Source: Candidatus Firestoneibacteriota bacterium (GTDB taxonomy: Bacteria; Oederibacteriota; D2-FULL-39-29; JBDRBU01). From it: 29,473 bases of DNA. Positions 1 through 7,652 of the stretch are shown in pieces. The notes under the pieces were generated by a model. That model saw nothing but the letters and a program-made list of their open reading frames with translations, did no database searches and was not told where the DNA came from. Numbering within the stretch: position 1 is the stretch's first letter; the number at the start of each line of letters is the position of its first letter. A program made the translations under genes and the position numbers. The DNA lies in contig JBDRBU010000027.1 of assembly GCA_043822305.1 (NCBI GenBank), positions 1 to 29,473 of the forward strand, given 5' to 3'.

Positions 1-2
1 AG

Positions 3-119
3 GATAATTTAAAGGTTGCAAAAGAAGCGAGATTGATGTATTATTATGAAAAGAAAGTTGTTGTAAAACTTAAGACGGGAGAGCCAGAGCTTGTATACAA
101 CTCCTCCGCAGCTTTATGA
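3..119 (+). CDS. C-terminal end of an unknown ORF entering from the left edge (DNLKVAKEARLMYYYEKKVVVKLKTGEPELVYNSSAAL*)
   Basis: Frame 3 is open from the window start to TGA at 117-119 and overlaps the convergent rimO stop; no recognisable motif. Confidence 0.35.
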   Translation, partial: DNLKVAKEARLMYYYEKKVVVKLKTGEPELVYNSSAAL

Positions 120-1310
120 CAAAATCGAAAAATAATTCCGGTTATCTACTATCATACCTGTTTTACTTCCAATTTTCAACTTATTTAATTCTAAGGATAT
201 TTTTTGCTGAAGTTTCATTATTATATCTTTCCTTTTGTTTTTAACTTTGTTTGAAACCTGCCCTTCTAAAAACTCCGCCATAGTACCTTTTTCTTTAGAA
301 AACATAAATACTCCTAATTTATTAAACTTTATTTTTTTAACAAATTCGACCAAACTCTGGAATTTCTCTTCTGTCTCGTCTGGATATCCAACTATAAAAG
401 TTGTTCTTAAAATTACATCTGGTATTTTCTTTTTTATTTTTTTAATTAAAATATTAATTTTTTCGAATGTATATCTTCTTCCCATTAGTCTTAAAATTTG
501 ATTATCTATATGTTGTAATGGTATGTCAATATATTTACAAATCTTGTTACTTTTCGCTATTAAGTTAATCAACTCATCTGAGACATCCGCTGGATATAAA
601 TAAAGCAATCTTATCCATTTAATTCTTTCTATCTTTGTTAATTTCTTTAATAGTTTTATTAATTTTGGTTTTCCATACAAATCAATTCCATAATTAGTAG
701 TATCCTGGGATATTAAATTAATTTCTTTTACACCAATTTTACTTAAATTTTCTACTTCCTTAACAACAGATTCTATCGACCTGCTTCTTAAATTGCCCCT
801 GATAGAAGGAATAAGACAATAAAAACATCTATTATTGCATCCTTCTGATATTTTAACATAAGCGGTGTGTGAAGGAGTGCATAAAAGTCGTGGCATGCGT
901 TCATTGTAAATAAACTTTGGTTCAGATAATAATAACCTGTTTATCTTCTTTTTCTTTAATAAACTCGTGCAAACTTGAGATATCTTGTAAAATTCACCAA
1001 CACCAAGGCACGCATCAATTTCAGGAAACTTTTTAATTAAATTTTCTCCATATCTTTGAACAAGACAACCGGTGACAACAACCTTTTGCATTTTATTTTT
1101 ATTCTTTAAAATATTAGAAATAATTTTTAAAGATTCTTTAGTTGCTTCCTTGATAAAGCAGCAGGTATTTATTATGATAATTTTGGATTCTTTCTCGGAA
1201 TTAGTTAGACTAAAACCATCTTTACCAAGCAATCCTAACATTACTTCTGAATCTACAAGATTTTTAGAGCAGCCCAGACTGATTAAATTAATATTTACAT
1301 ACTTCTTCAT
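114..1310 (-). CDS. rimO: Ribosomal protein S12 methylthiotransferase RimO (C-terminal TRAM domain appears truncated)
   Basis: SLGCSKNLVDSE and NTCCFI UPF0004 motifs; radical SAM CNNRCFYC; PLQH and RTTFIVGYPDETEE; start taken at MKK (1310). Confidence 0.93.
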   Translation of the reverse strand: MKKYVNINLISLGCSKNLVDSEVMLGLLGKDGFSLTNSEKESKIIIINTCCFIKEATKESLKIISNILKNKNKMQKVVVTGCLVQRYGENLIKKFPEIDACLGVGEFYKISQVCTSLLKKKKINRLLLSEPKFIYNERMPRLLCTPSHTAYVKISEGCNNRCFYCLIPSIRGNLRSRSIESVVKEVENLSKIGVKEINLISQDTTNYGIDLYGKPKLIKLLKKLTKIERIKWIRLLYLYPADVSDELINLIAKSNKICKYIDIPLQHIDNQILRLMGRRYTFEKINILIKKIKKKIPDVILRTTFIVGYPDETEEKFQSLVEFVKKIKFNKLGVFMFSKEKGTMAEFLEGQVSNKVKNKRKDIIMKLQQKISLELNKLKIGSKTGMIVDNRNYFSILS

Positions 1311-2046
1311 AATATTCACAATAATTACATAATGGACCCTTTATAGTGCCAAAATCTTTTGTGTTCTCTATTTCTTCAATTATTTTTACTGTTTTACTTT
1401 TCACTTCGTTTAATTTCTCATCGGTCTTAGATAAAACAAATTCCTGATCAAACATAAGATAATGCCATATTAACTTTATTTGTTTACTATTACAACCTAA
1501 TGCATCTTTCACTCCTAGATGATAAAGTGACAGTTGTTCCTCTTCTTCTATCGCTTTTTGAGTTGGAAGTCTCATACCAGTCTTATAATCATGAATCTCT
1601 ATATCACCATTTGGTGTCTCATCAATTCTATCAACTACACCCGTTAAAAGATATTTATTGGAATCATCTATTTTAATATAAATCTTCTCTTCCAATCCTA
1701 TTATTTCATTCTTATTAAATGGATAATGCTTATCATAATACTTTTTAATACATTTTTCTCCTGTTTCTCTATAATGATTAAAATTATACTGTTTTTTCAC
1801 TATAATGATTTTGCTGTTAAAATTTTTATCCCAAAACCACTGGTATAGTTTAACAACAGAATCAACACTTCTACTTTTATCTGCTTTTATATCTTTATAT
1901 AAATATTCAAGTGTTGAATGAACAGTATTACCCAGAAATCTTTCGATAGTTTCTCTTTCAATTTTCACAAAATCGATGTATTTAAGTTTATATTGATATG
2001 GACAGTTTTTAAAAGAATTTAATTTTGAATATGAGTATATGTTCAT
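1288..2046 (-). CDS. PD-(D/E)XK nuclease, RecB/AddB/Cas4-like, with 4Fe-4S cysteines
   Basis: SYSKL..F..CP, GNTVH, GVVDRID, DYKTG, QLSLY and C-terminal CNYCEYYEEVC. Confidence 0.88.
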   Translation of the reverse strand: MNIYSYSKLNSFKNCPYQYKLKYIDFVKIERETIERFLGNTVHSTLEYLYKDIKADKSRSVDSVVKLYQWFWDKNFNSKIIIVKKQYNFNHYRETGEKCIKKYYDKHYPFNKNEIIGLEEKIYIKIDDSNKYLLTGVVDRIDETPNGDIEIHDYKTGMRLPTQKAIEEEEQLSLYHLGVKDALGCNSKQIKLIWHYLMFDQEFVLSKTDEKLNEVKSKTVKIIEEIENTKDFGTIKGPLCNYCEYYEEVCKY

Positions 2047-2056
2047 ATATTTTAAA

Positions 2057-2085
2057 ATTATATCATTATCTTACACTAAATACAA
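2057..2085 (-). promoter_or_regulatory. Sigma70-type promoter for the nuclease-rimO unit
   Basis: Minus strand TTGTAT-17 bp-TATAAT, ending 10 nt before the ATG at 2046. Confidence 0.55.
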
Positions 2086-2113
2086 TATTTTATTGACACG
2101 AAGCAATTAGACC

Positions 2114-2142
2114 TTGACAAATAATTAAAATGATTATATAAT
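2114..2142 (+). promoter_or_regulatory. Consensus sigma70 promoter, probably giving a leaderless mRNA
   Basis: TTGACA (2114-2119)-17 bp-TATAAT (2137-2142); ATG at 2149; no Shine-Dalgarno. Confidence 0.75.
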
Positions 2143-2148
2143 ATTTTC

Positions 2149-2754
2149 ATGATATCTTGTAAAGTCTTTTTAGCTATAGGACATGATAGAGCGGGCATTA
2201 TAAGTGAAGTATCGTTGTTCTTATCACAAAGAAACTGTAATATTGAAGATAGCAGAATGGCTTCTATTGGAGAAGAATTCGTTTTATTTTTACTCTTCTC
2301 AGGAGATCATAAAGATATCAAGGTTGTCCAAAAAGATATCAGTCTATTAGAAAAATCTTCCGGATTAAACATCTTACTTAAAGATACTAAACCACCTGTA
2401 CATAAATATGAATCTCCCCCGCCCTTGAAGGTCAAGGTCGCCAAGGCGTCTCTGCCAGGAAAACATGATATTATTGGCACTTCAGATAAAACCCAGACCA
2501 GACCTTATAAAGTAGTTGCTGTTGGAATGGACCATCCTGGAATTATTAATGAAATAACAACTTTACTAAAAAAATATAATATTAATATTGAAGATTTAAA
2601 ATCATCTGTTACCTATGCTCCAGTTTCTGGAACACCACTTTTTCATTTGCATATAAAGATGGCGGTACCCATAACCACACCTGTAAAAGAATTAAAAGAG
2701 AATCTAACTAAATTAGAAAAATTATTAAATCTCAATATCACATTATTACCCTAA
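2149..2754 (+). CDS. GcvR-like double ACT-domain protein (glycine cleavage regulator family)
   Basis: AIGHDRAGII...CNIEDSRM and GMDHPGII...INIEDL...APVSGTPLF ACT repeats. Confidence 0.82.
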   Translation: MISCKVFLAIGHDRAGIISEVSLFLSQRNCNIEDSRMASIGEEFVLFLLFSGDHKDIKVVQKDISLLEKSSGLNILLKDTKPPVHKYESPPPLKVKVAKASLPGKHDIIGTSDKTQTRPYKVVAVGMDHPGIINEITTLLKKYNINIEDLKSSVTYAPVSGTPLFHLHIKMAVPITTPVKELKENLTKLEKLLNLNITLLP

Positions 2755-2770
2755 TTCAACAACGGCTAAC

Positions 2771-5197
2771 CTATTTTTCTTTTGAAAGAGATTGATAATA
2801 CTTATCCACTAATTTTTTATATCTTGTTGGAATATTCTCCTTTTTCATATCTGCTATTATATCTTCATCTACACCATATTCTTTAAATAACTCAACCCTA
2901 TTCTTCAATTCACCGAATAATCCACCAAGCATCTCTAATTTCTTGCCAATAAATCTCCATCGTTTGTAGGCTCCATCTTTTTTTTCCTTATCTTCTTTTT
3001 TCATTTCGGCTTCACTCTCTTTTGGTTTCTTTGCTTCTTTCTTTAATTCTTCCATTTCTTTTTTTAATTCATTTGCAGCATCTTTATCTTTTTTCTCAAG
3101 TTCTTTCATTGCCTCTTCCAATTGTTTTAATAAATCTTTTAGTTCTTCTTCGCTCATCTTCTGTTCATCTGCTTTTTTTGCTGCTTCTTCTAATTTCTTT
3201 TGCAATTCATCTATCTTTTCTTTGGACAATTCATCTTCTTTTTTCTCTCCTTCTTTCTTTTCTGCCTTTTCGGCATCTTTCTTTTCCCCTTCTTTCTTTT
3301 CTTCTACTGATTTTTCCATCTGTTCTTGCATTAGTTTTTCTAAAGCTTCTTCTAATTTTTTCTCTGCCTCTAAAGACTTTTCTAATGCTTTTTCCATTTC
3401 CGTCTTTTCCATTTCTTTCTTTGATTCATCCATTTCTTCTTTAGAATCTTTTAATTTTTCCTGCGATTCTTTATCTTTCATTTCTTCTTTTTTAGCCTGC
3501 TCATCGGTCTTTTTAGCTAATTCATTTTGTTCTTTTTTAAACTCATCATTCTTTTTCATTTCTTCTTTCATGTCTTTAAGTTGGTCGGCCATTTCTTTAT
3601 TAACTTCCTTTTGCAGTTCATTTTGTTCTTTTTTATTCATCTCTTCTAACTTCTGACTAAGTTCATCCATTTTCTTCTGTGCTTCCTGGTTTTCCTGTTG
3701 TTTTTGCTCTTCACTCTTTTGCTGTTGATTTTCTTGATTCTGCATCTCTTCCATCTTTTGGGCTAAGTCTTTCATTTGCTCTGCTGCCTCTTTTTTCTCC
3801 TGATTCTGCTCCTGTTGTTCCTGCTGTTTTTCAAGATCTTTAGCCATCTCGTCTAATTTTTCTTTCATCTTCTTTTCTTGTGGATATGGAGGTGTTTCTT
3901 CTTGAGGTGAATCCTTTTTTTCAAATTCTTCATCAGCATCTGGTAAAATTACTTTAATGGCTAATGCATTTTCAAGTTTTTTCATATCACTCTTATCTTT
4001 TTTATTAAAATCATGCTTAGGAAATTCCGGCGGTAATTCAATGCCACCCTCCTCCCCTTTTCCGCCTGCCGCTTCTTTTGGCATTATTCCAAAATTATAT
4101 CCATCCCTTACTCTATTTGCCTCAACTACTACTCCGCCTCTATATCCTTCCGGTACACTTGTATAATCAGCATTTACTACCCACATTGAATACATTCCAT
4201 CTGTTATAAGATTATTTATAACATATTTTCCATTCTCGTCTGTTTTCCCTGTAGGTGCTACTCTTTTCGTATAATTCCTGGCAGCCACATAAATACCTTC
4301 TACTGGTTTACCATTCATAGTGACTATACCTGAAAGTCCTCCTGTTTTAGGTGGATTAAACTTAATCTGTTTTCCAGGAAGCCATGGTTTTTTGGCTAAC
4401 TCGGGGTTTTTTTTCTGCAATTCTTCCATTTTCTTTTCTGTTTGCTCTTTTTTGTCCTGTAAAGATTTTTTCATATCTTGATTTAATTTTTTCTGCTGTT
4501 CTAAAAGATCCTTTACCTTTTGTACTGTTTCTTTACCTTTCTCGTCTAATTTAAATTGCTCCTGTTTTTGCTTCTCCATACCTTTTGATAAATCTTGTTT
4601 TGCTAAATTTCTAACCAAGTTACTTACACCAGGTATATCTGTTGTACTTTTAAGAATAAACTCAGGAGCTATAAACGAGCCAATAAATGCTAATAAAAAG
4701 AGACCCATGGCCAGGACAACATACCTTTTACCTCTGGCCAGGGCTAATGCTTTTCTTAAATCCAATTTTAATGCCTTTTTAACTTTGTCCGTATCTACCC
4801 ATAATGCTTTTATTAATTGTGGAGAAAATATCTTTGCTGCTTCCTCTTGATTCATCTCAATAGAACAAATAAACCTGTCAAGTAACTGGGGATATTTCTT
4901 TTCTATCATTAAAGCTAAACTCTCCTCATCAATCTTGTCGAAAAATGGTTTTACCACATAAAAAACTATCATCAGAAAAATTGTAGTTAGTAATCCATAA
5001 AACATAAATTGCGCCGTTCTTGTCGGAAGTGGATACGCATAGTTTAAGCCTAACATAGCCAGATAAATAAAGAGACCCATAGTAACTGTTACTGAAAATC
5101 TTATGATTACTGCTAAAACTTTCTGGGTTTGGGCTACTTTATCTATTTCCGCTCTAATCTTTTTAAATTCTTCTTTTACATTTATTTCTTTTTTCAT
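2771..5197 (-). CDS. Membrane-anchored coiled-coil protein (DUF4175-like) with an internal carboxypeptidase-regulatory-like beta-sandwich
   Basis: Three N-terminal hydrophobic helices; A..IE..YPQL.DR motif; GGLSGIVT...GKPVEG...TDENGKY domain; long E/K/Q coiled coil; C-terminal IPTRYKKLVDKYYQSL; SD AGGAGG. Confidence 0.6.
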   Translation of the reverse strand: MKKEINVKEEFKKIRAEIDKVAQTQKVLAVIIRFSVTVTMGLFIYLAMLGLNYAYPLPTRTAQFMFYGLLTTIFLMIVFYVVKPFFDKIDEESLALMIEKKYPQLLDRFICSIEMNQEEAAKIFSPQLIKALWVDTDKVKKALKLDLRKALALARGKRYVVLAMGLFLLAFIGSFIAPEFILKSTTDIPGVSNLVRNLAKQDLSKGMEKQKQEQFKLDEKGKETVQKVKDLLEQQKKLNQDMKKSLQDKKEQTEKKMEELQKKNPELAKKPWLPGKQIKFNPPKTGGLSGIVTMNGKPVEGIYVAARNYTKRVAPTGKTDENGKYVINNLITDGMYSMWVVNADYTSVPEGYRGGVVVEANRVRDGYNFGIMPKEAAGGKGEEGGIELPPEFPKHDFNKKDKSDMKKLENALAIKVILPDADEEFEKKDSPQEETPPYPQEKKMKEKLDEMAKDLEKQQEQQEQNQEKKEAAEQMKDLAQKMEEMQNQENQQQKSEEQKQQENQEAQKKMDELSQKLEEMNKKEQNELQKEVNKEMADQLKDMKEEMKKNDEFKKEQNELAKKTDEQAKKEEMKDKESQEKLKDSKEEMDESKKEMEKTEMEKALEKSLEAEKKLEEALEKLMQEQMEKSVEEKKEGEKKDAEKAEKKEGEKKEDELSKEKIDELQKKLEEAAKKADEQKMSEEELKDLLKQLEEAMKELEKKDKDAANELKKEMEELKKEAKKPKESEAEMKKEDKEKKDGAYKRWRFIGKKLEMLGGLFGELKNRVELFKEYGVDEDIIADMKKENIPTRYKKLVDKYYQSLSKEK

Positions 5198-5214
5198 TTT
5201 GACACCCTCCTTTT

Positions 5215-5366
5215 TTTACCCACGTACCAGAAGGTGCGGGGTTTACCCACGCACCACCAAAGGGTGCGGGGTTTACCCACGCACCACCAAAGGGTGCGGG
5301 GTTTACCCACGCACCACCAAAGGGTGCGGGGTTTACCCACGCACCACCAAAGGGTGCGGGGTTTAC
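5215..5366 (+). repeat. Tandem array of a GC-rich hairpin unit: one 27-bp variant plus four identical 30-bp units (TTTACCCACGCACCACCAAAGGGTGCGGGG), closed by TTTAC
   Basis: Units at 5215-5241, 5242-5271, 5272-5301, 5302-5331 and 5332-5361, then TTTAC at 5362-5366; no spacers. Confidence 0.97.
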
Positions 5367-6664
5367 TTTTTTTCAATAGATTTAAAATATTTTTTAATTA
5401 AATTTTTATAAACAATTGGATATTCATCCTCTTTAAATAATTCATCCGCCTTAACACGTTCACCTTGTTTTATATATATTAGTGACATTATATTATAAGA
5501 TACCATTTTTAAATCTTCATCCGAAGACATAGAATTAAACATCTGCAAAGCTTCTTCATTATTGCCTTTAATCTTATGACACCATCCACTGTTGAATCTT
5601 GCTCTTTGGCTAATGGCATGACTGTAAGCATTAATCGCAGAATTATAATCCAACAAAAACAAATACATATTACCTAACTCATAATATGTTTCAGGTGTTA
5701 TTTTATTTTTTATTTTGTCTATTTTTGCAGATATAACTTTTCTTTCATTCGCTAATTTTATCATCTCATCAGACAATACTGATTGGATAGTATCAGGGAA
5801 CTCTTTCTTAACCCTTTTATAAAAAGAAATTGCCTCATCATATCTTTGTAAAGTTTCATATATATAACCTGATTTAAATAATGCTGAACTAACCTCTACT
5901 GGACTTTTGATATCGGATATAACTGTTTTTAATTTTTCTAAGGCATTATTATAACTTTTATTTTCAAAATCTAAACAAGCCTTCTTAAATAAATCCGAGA
6001 TAGATGTATCTACATTGGCTACACTAAAATCAATTTTCAAGTTGCCTTCTATAGTTCGAACAGAATCATCAAAGAAATTCAATAGCCAGAACCTTTGTGC
6101 TCTTTTATTGTACATTGTACTTCGTAGTAATCCATATATATCTATCTTTTGCTCCTGGAATATAATATTATCCGGAATATTAGAAATAAAATCAAAATTT
6201 AATACGTCCTTGATTGCCAATTTATCACTTACAATTTCTTTTATTACTTTATTAGGAATATATATCTTTTTAAAATCTTTTAGTTCTATATTATTTTTTA
6301 TATCAAATTCTACTACATTGTATAGTTCTTGAATAGAATTATCAAAAATTGCATTTTTATAGACAATGATTATTAATAATAAACATGTAACTGTAATAGC
6401 CAGTCTCCAGATTGGTTGAAAAATACTTATTTTACCTCGTTTTTCTAAGAGTGAATTACCTTTATTTAAAATGTTATAATCAAAGTCTTTACCAAAATCC
6501 TGCTTTTCTTGCCAAACACTCATAAAATCATTGATTTTATTTACATTTTCAAGATTCTCTTGACAGGCTTGACAGGTTTCTAAATGCCCTTTTATTTCCT
6601 GCATTTCTAAAGGCTCTAATTCATTATCCAAATATTCAATTATTTTTCCTTTATCACAATTCAT
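5363..6664 (-). CDS. Zinc-binding (zf-HC2) transmembrane anti-sigma factor with C-terminal TPR repeats
   Basis: N-terminal C..., YLDNEL, HLETCQAC; TM helix LAITVTCLLLIIIVY; TPR motifs (ALFKSGYIYE, YYELGNMY, ARFNSGWC); adjacent to the ECF sigma gene. Confidence 0.8.
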   Translation of the reverse strand: MNCDKGKIIEYLDNELEPLEMQEIKGHLETCQACQENLENVNKINDFMSVWQEKQDFGKDFDYNILNKGNSLLEKRGKISIFQPIWRLAITVTCLLLIIIVYKNAIFDNSIQELYNVVEFDIKNNIELKDFKKIYIPNKVIKEIVSDKLAIKDVLNFDFISNIPDNIIFQEQKIDIYGLLRSTMYNKRAQRFWLLNFFDDSVRTIEGNLKIDFSVANVDTSISDLFKKACLDFENKSYNNALEKLKTVISDIKSPVEVSSALFKSGYIYETLQRYDEAISFYKRVKKEFPDTIQSVLSDEMIKLANERKVISAKIDKIKNKITPETYYELGNMYLFLLDYNSAINAYSHAISQRARFNSGWCHKIKGNNEEALQMFNSMSSDEDLKMVSYNIMSLIYIKQGERVKADELFKEDEYPIVYKNLIKKYFKSIEKK

Positions 6665-6673
6665 ATTCTTCTC

Positions 6674-7276
6674 CTATTTAATAATACGAATGAATTCTAA
6701 ACTTGGAAGTGAAAAAGGAGTAAAATAAGGTTTTAATCTTTCTTCCAACTCATCATATGCACATTTGAGATGCCATTTTACCCAGTTTAAGTCCTTACCC
6801 AAAATTTCTGCAATTTCCTGATTCTTTAAACCCTGGTATTGCTTTAAAACTATAATTGACTTATGTTCCGCAGAAAGACTATTTATAACTTTTTTTATTA
6901 TTTGCTCTTTTTCTTTAGTCTCAATTTCTTCAGTAATCTCTTTGCTATCAACAACCTCTTTAATCTCTTCTGAACTATGGAATTTAGACCGTCTAATTTC
7001 ATCTAGACAAATATTTGTAGCAATTTTATATAGCCAACTTGAAAATTTTTTAGGAAAAATATACAAGTCTTTCTTTTTTAACAATTTTAAAAAAGTTTCC
7101 TGTGTTAAATCTTCTGCTTTTTGATAGTTTTGCATCATTCTACATATATAAGAAATTATCGGAAATTTGTATCTATTGTAAAGAATCTCAAACGGATAAG
7201 AATTACCAGTTTTAACGGCCAGCATCAATTCTTCATCAGAACTTTCTGGAGAGACATGTTTAATTTGGTTTTCCAT
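6674..7276 (-). CDS. ECF-type RNA polymerase sigma factor
   Basis: SDEELM, AEDLTQETFLK, FSSWLYKIATNICLD, region 4 EIAEILG; start taken at MENQ. Confidence 0.92.
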   Translation of the reverse strand: MENQIKHVSPESSDEELMLAVKTGNSYPFEILYNRYKFPIISYICRMMQNYQKAEDLTQETFLKLLKKKDLYIFPKKFSSWLYKIATNICLDEIRRSKFHSSEEIKEVVDSKEITEEIETKEKEQIIKKVINSLSAEHKSIIVLKQYQGLKNQEIAEILGKDLNWVKWHLKCAYDELEERLKPYFTPFSLPSLEFIRIIK

Positions 7277-7652
7277 ATTTTGCTTCAATTAGTGATTTAA
7301 TCCCGCCCCTTGGATTAAATTCGCCTTTAACCATTACCCATTTGGGTTTAACTGCTTTAACAAAATCTTTTAATATCTTATTTACAACATTTTCATAAAA
7401 AATACCCAGATTTCTATACGCTAAAATATAATACTTCAAAGATTTTAATTCAATACACCATTTATTCGGTATGTATTTAATAGTTATTACTCCAAAATCC
7501 GGTAGTTTACTTTTTGGGCAGATTGATGTAAATTCAGGAATAGTCATAGTAATTTCGTAATTTTTGAACTGATTCTCAAAACATTCTAATCTGGGCAACT
7601 TAACATTTATTCCTGCTTTAGCCTGTTTTTTATAATCTCTCATATTTTTCAC
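7260..7652 (-). CDS. queF: NADPH-dependent preQ0 reductase QueF (type I)
   Basis: PEFTSICP..KLPDFG, ELKSLKYY, FYEN.VN.I, FNPRGGI. Confidence 0.95.
   Translation of the reverse strand: MKNMRDYKKQAKAGINVKLPRLECFENQFKNYEITMTIPEFTSICPKSKLPDFGVITIKYIPNKWCIELKSLKYYILAYRNLGIFYENVVNKILKDFVKAVKPKWVMVKGEFNPRGGIKSLIEAKYGKPN

Noticed and set aside
3022..3656. Plus-strand Ser/Phe/Leu-rich ORFs, and similar antisense ORFs across the window
   Set aside because: Shadow frames of Lys/Glu-rich minus-strand genes
5215..5366. CRISPR array (30-bp palindromic repeats, with a Cas4-like nuclease 3 kb away)
   Set aside because: Units are head-to-tail with no spacers, there are no cas1/cas2 or effector genes, and the same unit occurs inside polX
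5103..5411. Short ORFs with YPRTTKGCGV, LPTHHQRVRG or KPRTLWWCVG repeats
   Set aside because: By-products of the stop-free repeat; they overlap real genes and lack other support
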